Below are positions 1 through 5,934 of a stretch of 10,620 nt of DNA, one piece after another (within the stretch, counting starts at the first letter, position 1; every line of letters starts with the position of its first letter). The stretch is taken from contig JAJHRB010000053.1 of the NCBI GenBank assembly GCA_020833025.1, forward strand, positions 1 through 10,620. Reading direction: 5' to 3'. The stretch is from Thermoproteaceae archaeon (GTDB lineage Archaea; Thermoproteota; Thermoprotei; Thermoproteales; Thermoproteaceae). Under the pieces are notes generated by a model. It was not told where the DNA came from and ran no database searches. It saw nothing but the letters and a program-made list of their open reading frames with translations. Position numbers and translations under genes: made by a program.

Positions 1-68
1 GCAGCGCCGAGGCGCCGCGTGAAGCCGGTGATTCCGCGCCGGAGAAGACAGCCAAAGCGGCGACGGAT

Positions 69-127
69 TGGCGCCGGGGGTGGGATTTGAACCCACGCCC
101 CCTCGACGGGGACGGGATCTCGAGTCC
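69..127 (-). repeat. Left att site: duplicated 3' 59 bp of tRNA-Ser(CGA)
   Basis: TGGCGCCGGGGG...GATCTCGAGTCC is identical to 10494-10552. It covers the anticodon loop through CCA and lacks the tRNA 5' half. Confidence 0.97.
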
Positions 128-133
128 TCTAGA

Positions 134-162
134 GTAAAGTTTCGGCGCCGCAGAAACTTTAA
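134..162. promoter_or_regulatory. GTAAAG-N17-CTTTAA dyad (putative integrase arm site/operator) overlapping the probable int TATA box
   Basis: TAAAGTTT (135-142) and AAACTTTA (154-161) are inverted. 134-148 is a perfect 15-bp inverted copy of 10446-10460. GAAAC-TTTAATA lies about 25 nt upstream of the ATG at 186. Confidence 0.6.
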
Positions 163-185
163 TAGTCTGTGAGAAATTTGAGCGC

Positions 186-1415
186 ATGATGTGGGAACAG
201 TACTTCTACAAGCTCACCGACCGGCAGCGCGTCGAGATAGTCAAGTGTCTCGTGGAAAGCCTGGGCGTCTCCATCGCCGACATAGCCAGGGCGGCCGGCG
301 TCTCGAAGATGGCCGTGTCCAATTGGGTGAGAGGCGTGAACGCGCCGCAGGTGGACAGACTGATAGCCCTCCACAGCGCCATGCCCGAGACCGTGGCCAG
401 GTGCCTGCCGGAGCCGCCGGCTGGCAGGCTTGAGGTGGACATGGCCCTCTCCACCCTGGCGCGGGCCGCCAGGGATCCCGCCCTCAGGGACTACATTCTG
501 CAGCAGCTCGAAACGCTCTTCCCGGGGCAGATCAGGCGCCAGCTGGCGTACCGCGTTGAGCGTGAAGACATTGAGGCCTTTAGGGGGCGTCTCCTCTCCG
601 AGGGCGTTGCTAAGGAGACTGCCGACGAGTACCTGCGCTACCTCGTGAAATTTCTAAGCGCCGCAGGCTGGGTCATCTCGCCCGACACGGTTCAGAGGGT
701 CTACGCCATAGAGACGCCCCACGTCAGGCGGAAAACCGCCGTCGCGCTGAAGCGCTTTATCGACACCGTCGTGAGGACGCGCGAGCCCCAGCTCGCCGCG
801 CTGCTGTACGACGCGTTCACAACGCCTAAGGTCAAGGCGAGGAATAACTTCCGCGTCCCCTCGCTCGAGGAGGTCAAGAAGGTCTGGGAGGAGACGAGCA
901 AAATCTCGCCGTGCGCCGCGGCGGTGTGGGGCATCATGGCGGAGACCGGCGTCCGTCTCGACCACCTGCTTAGGGCGAGACTGGACGGTCTCCAGCTCGA
1001 CAGGCGCCGGCTGCTCCTCGGCGAAACGGAGGGCCCGAAGAGACAACCATTGGTATTTTTGACGGAGGGCGCCGCGAGGTACTTGCGCGACGTGTATCTC
1101 CCCTGGCGCGAGAGGTTCTGCCGAATGCTGAGGCTCAGCACCGACAAGCTGTTCCCGTGCCGCGAGGAGACGCTGTACCAGTGGCTGAGGGAGGCGAGAC
1201 AGAGGGCTGGGCTTCCCTGGCTCGAGCCGAAACTGCTGAGGAAATTTGTGGCGCAGTGGCTGCTCGACCGCGGCGTCGACGTCGCGGACATCGCCGTGCT
1301 TCAGGGCCGCTCGCTGCCAGGAGGGCTAGCGGTGACGGTGGAACACTACATCGCGGACTTCGAGCGCAGGCTGCGCGCCGTTTTCGAGCAGCACGCCCTG
1401 CGGGTGTTCCCGTGA
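186..1415 (+). CDS. int: Tyrosine recombinase/integrase with N-terminal XRE-like HTH (unsplit, pNOB8-type organisation), 409 aa
   Basis: HTH SIADIARAAGVSKMAVSNWVRG; catalytic-type motifs TGVRLDH (R), GPKR (K), KLLRKF (R), LQGR, EHY (Y); adjacent to att. An in-frame TAA at 135-137 shows the ORF does not cross att. Confidence 0.93.
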   Translation: MMWEQYFYKLTDRQRVEIVKCLVESLGVSIADIARAAGVSKMAVSNWVRGVNAPQVDRLIALHSAMPETVARCLPEPPAGRLEVDMALSTLARAARDPALRDYILQQLETLFPGQIRRQLAYRVEREDIEAFRGRLLSEGVAKETADEYLRYLVKFLSAAGWVISPDTVQRVYAIETPHVRRKTAVALKRFIDTVVRTREPQLAALLYDAFTTPKVKARNNFRVPSLEEVKKVWEETSKISPCAAAVWGIMAETGVRLDHLLRARLDGLQLDRRRLLLGETEGPKRQPLVFLTEGAARYLRDVYLPWRERFCRMLRLSTDKLFPCREETLYQWLREARQRAGLPWLEPKLLRKFVAQWLLDRGVDVADIAVLQGRSLPGGLAVTVEHYIADFERRLRAVFEQHALRVFP

Positions 1416-1455
1416 GCCGCGCGGTGGGGCCGGCCGCATGGCTCTGAAATGCAAA

Positions 1456-1479
1456 ACTCTCCGTTAATCGGCGGAGAGT
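1456..1479. terminator. Hairpin downstream of int (possible terminator/processing signal)
   Basis: ACTCTCCG (1456-1463) and CGGAGAGT (1472-1479) form a perfect 8-bp stem with an 8-nt loop, 40 nt after the int stop. Function is inferred. Confidence 0.35.
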
Positions 1480-1511
1480 GGAAAGAGAAATGTTTAAGTA
1501 TTTGCCAGTAT

Positions 1512-1594
1512 AAAAAGACGGGCCGGGGAGGGTCAGCCTGCGCGGGTTAGTTCACGGGTCGCCTCAACACCCTCTCATCACCCCCGGCCCGTCT
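1512..1594 (-). ncRNA. Candidate box C/D guide sRNA
   Basis: Minus strand reads GUGAUGA (box C, 1581-1575), 12 nt, GCGA (D'-like), CCC, GUGAACU (C'-like), 12 nt, CUGA (box D, 1536-1533). It is enclosed by a perfect 13-bp terminal stem (1594-1582/1528-1516) ending in a U5 run (1516-1512). Confidence 0.65.
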
Positions 1595-1851
1595 CCGTCT
1601 CCTCTACTCACGCACACCTCGACTCCCTGCCCTGCCTATACAAAACTAACACCAGCGGCATGCCCGCGATTGCATGGCGATTATGGCAATTAATGGTGCA
1701 TTACAAACGCCCCCGCGGGATGTTTCCCCAACGGCGCAGTGCTGCTAGCGCGCGCCTCGGCACTTTCTTGAGCAACCTGGCAAGCCCGGCCGCCACCCGC
1801 CCGAAGATTGGAGGCGCGCACCTCAGCGCGAACTCCCTCTCCGCCGGACTT

Positions 1852-2589
1852 TCATAGCAGCCTTTTCTCCTGCAACTTCAGAAACAGCTTCTCGATGCCG
1901 AAAATTTCGGCGAACTCATCCAGGCCTAGCGCCCTGAAAAAGCTTTCTGGACGCAACCCCCCGACAATGCCCCTGAAGAGCTCGGGCCTCGCGAGCTCCG
2001 GCTTGACCGCGTAGGCCTCGGGGCCGTCGGGTATTACGATAGGCCGAAGGTCGGGCGTGAGAATAGCGCCCCAGAACCAGGGCGGGACCCTTCTCAGAGC
2101 CCCTCTGAGGTCTTCCAAGGCCAGAGCCCCCGGCCCGAGGGCTTTCACAATACTTTCTACTCTCTCCACGTCGAGGACCATGTACAATTCCTTGCGTCTA
2201 ATGGACCGATTTACCCAGGAACTTATAACAAATTCCTGGAGAAATTTGATGACTTCATTTGTCGGAGCAAGCACCCTTCCAGCATACTCCTCAAGCCACC
2301 TCTCCTGAAACCTCTCCGCATCCTCTCGCAGCGCCTCTGCGAGCACGTCGAGGCTCAAGCCTTCAACTACGGGTTCGTGCTCCTTAGTCCTTTCATCTGT
2401 TACGTGGCTGAAAATCTTACCATCTTTAAAATATACCGTGACGTGGAGCCCGGGGTCCTTGCCCTCAATAATAGGCTTAAACACGAAACCGTCTTTCGTT
2501 TGAGCAAAGACAAATGTTATCGAAAACCCCTCCTTGTATTTAATTTCCAGCACTCTGCGAGGGCTCACGCGGCCTTCCGGCACCAGCAA
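1852..2589 (-). CDS. Hypothetical protein, up to 245 aa (low-GC cargo); start possibly GTG at 2568
   Basis: Long ORF with natural globular composition. CTTAATT TATA-like box at about 2588-2594 fits a leaderless GTG at 2568. No family recognised. Confidence 0.8.
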   Translation of the reverse strand: MLVPEGRVSPRRVLEIKYKEGFSITFVFAQTKDGFVFKPIIEGKDPGLHVTVYFKDGKIFSHVTDERTKEHEPVVEGLSLDVLAEALREDAERFQERWLEEYAGRVLAPTNEVIKFLQEFVISSWVNRSIRRKELYMVLDVERVESIVKALGPGALALEDLRGALRRVPPWFWGAILTPDLRPIVIPDGPEAYAVKPELARPELFRGIVGGLRPESFFRALGLDEFAEIFGIEKLFLKLQEKRLL

Positions 2590-2656
2590 TTAAGAACCTT
2601 GACCGCGCAGAGGCGCGCTGCCCCGGCCGGCGGCCGCACGCTGCGCGAGGGGCCCG

Positions 2657-3060
2657 CTAGACTAGCAGGGCGACGCCGTGCCGATGAACAGCGCTTCCCG
2701 CGCGCTGGCAGTCAAACTGCGCAATCGCACGCCGTGATTCGTCTGTATACCGCACCTCGACCTCCCTGCGCCCGAACATAGACTGCGCTGAGTGCTCACC
2801 GTCGTGAAGTGCTAGCGCGAAATGCCACGGCGGCTTCTCCATTGACGTGAGGGCCGGCTGTCTCTCTGCGTCGCTCTGAATTTCAAACCGCGCAGACCAC
2901 GCGGCGAACAGCTCGCCCCATATGTCAATATGTCAATAGAATTTTCTGCTTTCACGCGCAGAACCCTTGGCGTGCGCTCCGCTCTCACGCGCCGCCCACT
3001 GTTTAGCAATATAAAGACCTTCTGGCGCGGGCGCGCTGCGGCTGACAAAGCCGGCAGCAC
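2657..3060 (-). pseudogene. Probable frameshifted gene (~131 aa when repaired)
   Basis: Tandem ATATGTCA duplication at 2920-2935. Removing one copy joins ORF 3060-2812 in frame to ORF 2842-2657 (218-8=210 nt), giving ...KAENSIDIWGELFAAWSARFEIQ...MEKPPWHF...ALLV. Confidence 0.5.
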
Positions 3061-3278
3061 CTTCAGGAACGCCCGCCAGAGCCGCGCAGCGCCTGTGGAT
3101 CTCGTGAGAGGTGTCGCGTGCTCGCACTATGCCCGCCACTTAAGCATGCGCCAAAACCGCCCCCTTTCGGCGCAGCGCGCCAAAAGGGCGACCTGGCACA
3201 AACTGCCGGAAACACCCCTTGCGGCACTGCGGCCATCAAGGCTATGTTTCAACCCTTCTTGAGATTCGACCGCTCGCG

Positions 3279-3731
3279 TCACCCGCCTTCTGGCACTTTT
3301 AAGCTTTTCGCCCGTTTTTGCAGGCCCGGCGCCCGCTTTTCCCGGCTTTTTCTTGGGCAAACCAACTCATCTCTTGTGTACCGCACAATTCCCATCCGCA
3401 CAAGCCTTTTGCGAATAAAGGAAACAGAGACGCCGCAACGCCTGGCGACCTCTGCAGCCGGGGCGCAGCCGCTTGCAACCATCTCGACGACGCAGGTGGT
3501 CCTGTCGAGCCGCGGCGCGAGCGCCGTTCTGAGCCCCACTATCATTTCTCTGAGCTCTGCCACCTGCTTTGCCAGCTCGGAGATTGCGAGGGAGAGGCGT
3601 TTGATGTGCCCCTCAATTTGCCCGAGCCTGCCGCCCAGGTCAAACCGGGTGTCTTCTAGCGCGGCGAAAATTCCGAGGAGCCTGTCGGATATCGCTAGCA
3701 GCAGCTCCGTGTCCCTCTTCTTGCCGAACAC
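3279..3731 (-). CDS. Coiled-coil protein with C-terminal HTH, 150 aa
   Basis: Heptad-like helix LGQIEGHIKRLSLAISELAKQVAELREMIVGL, then HTH AAEVARRCGVSVSFIRKRLVRMG. AAAAA-CACTTAA promoter-like element about 22-35 nt upstream of the GTG. Confidence 0.75.
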   Translation of the reverse strand: MFGKKRDTELLLAISDRLLGIFAALEDTRFDLGGRLGQIEGHIKRLSLAISELAKQVAELREMIVGLRTALAPRLDRTTCVVEMVASGCAPAAEVARRCGVSVSFIRKRLVRMGIVRYTRDELVCPRKSREKRAPGLQKRAKSLKVPEGG

Positions 3732-4056
3732 GGAGCCCCGGCCGCGCCGTTGTTAAGTGTTTTTGCGTGATTGCGCGCGGCGCCACGGGCCGGCAGGAGG
3801 TGAGCTGACTGCGCGGGGCACGCGCGCCGCGCGGTGAGCCGGCACGCCATCACCGGCTGGCGACCGCGCATATCGCCTGCCCGCGCCGGCCGGTGATTAT
3901 GCATGCCGCCTACCTGCCCGGCGCTCGCGCCCCCCGCGGGCCCGGCGGCGCGCCAGCGCGGCGCGCCGGCTGTCACAGCCGTGACCGCAACGCTGGCGGC
4001 CACTTGCGGGCGGTCTCCCATGCCATGCGTGCCGCGCGCGCGGGAGGGCTGGGAAA

Positions 4057-4239
4057 TCATCGCCGGGGGGAGGGGGGTAGGTACCCTATTACACTATTTT
4101 CATGGCTGGAGGTCTCGCGGATGGCCCGCGCCGCCACGACGTGGACCGCCTGGCCGCCCGCGCCAACCGCCCTGGCCAGCTTCATGAAGAGCCTGGCGCG
4201 GACCCTCACGGCAGCACGCGCGCGCACGCACACGTGCAT
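4057..4239 (-). CDS. Putative ribbon-helix-helix (CopG-like) protein, 60 aa
   Basis: Pattern of beta strand AVRVR, helix ARLFMKLARAV, Gly turn, helix AVHVVAARAIRE; ATG start. Pattern match by eye only. Confidence 0.45.
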   Translation of the reverse strand: MHVCVRARAAVRVRARLFMKLARAVGAGGQAVHVVAARAIRETSSHENSVIGYLPPSPRR

Positions 4240-4612
4240 TCCCGCCAGGAGACCCCAAACGGCGGTGCTCGCGCTTTACATTCGCGCACCCCGCGCGCGA
4301 GTTATAGGGCGCCACCCGCGCCCAAGTGACTTGACAGCTTGCGGCACCAGCGCCGGGAACGCTTGACTCGAGCCAAGCCGGAATGCTACTTGTGTCGCGC
4401 AGTGCCCGCCGGGGGAGAAAGCTGAGTCCGGCGGGACGTGGCGCGCGCGGGCTCCGCTTTTAGCGATTTTCCGCAAGCGGTTTCTGGCGCCGTGTCGAGG
4501 GGCAGTTGCGACTTAAGTGAATGCCCGCCAGGGGCCCGCACTGTATCTTTGTGCAACCCACGCCGGGCATTACGTACAGGGAAAAAATGAGAAAACACAC
4601 TACCCACTACCG

Positions 4613-4680
4613 AGTGTGGTAGTGCAGGCAGTGCGGGAAGTGCCGGGAGTGCAAGAAGTGCAAGTGTGCGGGTAGTGCAA
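4613..4680 (+). repeat. Iteron-like AGTGC array 1
   Basis: AGTGC at 4621, 4630, 4639, 4648, 4657 (exact 9-bp period) and 4674, with variants TGTGC at 4665 and AGTGT at 4613. It ends 13 nt from the primase stop codon. Confidence 0.8.
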
Positions 4681-4692
4681 TTTGTCCAGCAT

Positions 4693-5934
4693 CTAGCCCT
4701 CCCTGGACGCGCGTCCAGGCCCCTCCCCCAGGCACTCCCTAACGCAGTACCACGCGTCTCTCTTGCAAGTCAGCGCCTCGCGAAGGCTGAACAGCGGCTT
4801 TTTGCCGCGCGCCAGCGCGGCGGTGCACCTCTCGTGCTTGTCCTTGATCATGCGCTCGTAGTCGCGCGGCAGCGGGTCAAGGCCGAGCGCTCTCGCGAAG
4901 AGCTGGACGCACTCCTCGACGCCAACCCCGTCAACGGCGCAGCCGCAGCCCCACACGCCCGCCAGTCTCTCGCGGCAGTCCTGCCTGAGGCCGGGGTTCC
5001 TCTCAATGACGTCCAGCAGGATTTGCAGCCAGCCGCCCCCGCCCGCGGCGGCCCGGGCTGGCGCCGGCGAGACGCCGGTCTCTTCGGCGCCCCTGCTCGC
5101 CGGGCGCGACTGCAGGAGGAAGCCCACCACCGCGCTGTCCACCGGCTTAGGCCACGCGAGCTCCGTAATTCTGTCGCCCGTCGCGGGGTCGAAGATGAAG
5201 GCCTCCCGCCCCGTCTTGCTGTTCACGGTGTACGGCACCCTGAACTTCCTGCCGGCGTCGAGCGCCCGCCCGTCCACCCCGGCGCCCAGGAACTGCGCGA
5301 GACCCCTGGCGAGCGCGGGGCGCCACTCGGCGTCGTAGAGCCTGGGCAGCGCGAGCTTGACGTGAAAGCCCTTGGCGCCGGAGTAGACAAACATGGCCTC
5401 GACTCCCGGCGCGGCGAGTCTCTGCCTGGCGCGCCGGGCCTTGCGGAGGACGTACTCCCAGGACGGGCACTCCCCGCCGCCCCAGTGCATGGCGTCGTAG
5501 ACCTCAACTGGCGGCACGCCGAGTCTCCTCGCCACCTCCCGCACGGCGTCTTTCAGCCTGCCCTCCGCGGCGCGCTTCAGCTCTGCGCCCGTCGCTCTAT
5601 CCCTGAACACGTACTTGCTGCCGTCTACCTCCACCGCCACGGGCGGCGGCCTGAAGTCCAGGTCGAGGGTCAGCAGGTCAAGCCGGGCGGGCACGGCGCC
5701 TCTCTCCGTGCACCTCGCGGGGGAGCCCGCGTAGAGGGCGTCCGAGGAGGCGATGTCGGCGCCCCTTCTCAGCGCCCTCCATATCGGCTCGCCGGACACC
5801 CACCGCCCGCTGTGCGTGTCCATGAACGAGACGCAGGCGCCGTCTCGCTCGATGTAAACGACGGCGCGCAGCCATTCCTCGCGGCCGCAGCCCCTCGGGC
5901 CGCAGAGGTACTCGACGTGGTCGAAGCGGGTCAC
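4693..5934 (-). CDS. Archaeo-eukaryotic primase (AEP) superfamily primase-polymerase with Cys-rich C-terminal domain, 413 aa
   Basis: Motif I LDLDF, motif II SGAKGFH, motif III region LDAGRKFRVPYTVNSKTG. Start placed at GTG 5934, overlapping the helicase TGA (GTGA), rather than the track's 5967. Confidence 0.9.
   Translation of the reverse strand: MTRFDHVEYLCGPRGCGREEWLRAVVYIERDGACVSFMDTHSGRWVSGEPIWRALRRGADIASSDALYAGSPARCTERGAVPARLDLLTLDLDFRPPPVAVEVDGSKYVFRDRATGAELKRAAEGRLKDAVREVARRLGVPPVEVYDAMHWGGGECPSWEYVLRKARRARQRLAAPGVEAMFVYSGAKGFHVKLALPRLYDAEWRPALARGLAQFLGAGVDGRALDAGRKFRVPYTVNSKTGREAFIFDPATGDRITELAWPKPVDSAVVGFLLQSRPASRGAEETGVSPAPARAAAGGGGWLQILLDVIERNPGLRQDCRERLAGVWGCGCAVDGVGVEECVQLFARALGLDPLPRDYERMIKDKHERCTAALARGKKPLFSLREALTCKRDAWYCVRECLGEGPGRASREG

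Noticed and set aside
69-127. Second functional tRNA at the left end
   Set aside because: Only the 3' 59 nt are present; the 5' acceptor strand, D arm and promoter are missing.
69-1415. SSV-type integrase split by the att site
   Set aside because: In-frame TAA at 135-137 and a complete N-terminal HTH from ATG 186; the gene lies wholly inside the element.
3127-3360. 77-aa minus-strand ORF MPKKKPGK...
   Set aside because: TTG start inside the 150-aa HTH gene with no promoter or SD. It may be a decayed 5' part of the 2657-3060 pseudogene (same frame), but that is not supportable alone.
3795-3803. Perfect SD-like AGGAGGTGA suggesting a plus-strand gene
   Set aside because: No suitably spaced start codon with an open frame follows (GTG AGC TGA); nearby plus-strand ORFs are Ala/Arg/Pro-rich GC artefacts.
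4365-4372. GACTCGAG matching the att anticodon-loop core (secondary att?)
   Set aside because: Only 8 bp around a palindromic hexamer; expected by chance in GC-rich DNA; no flanking arm motifs.
4613-4680. CRISPR or mini-CRISPR array (also considered for 8869-8916)
   Set aside because: Units are 5-7 bp with 2-4-bp gaps; no 24-40-bp repeats or spacer-length unique segments.
4587-4745. Metallothionein-like peptide CRQCGKCRECKKCKC on the plus strand
   Set aside because: The Cys periodicity follows automatically from the 9-bp TGC repeat, and the frame has an in-frame TAG just before it with no start. It would need unsupported readthrough.
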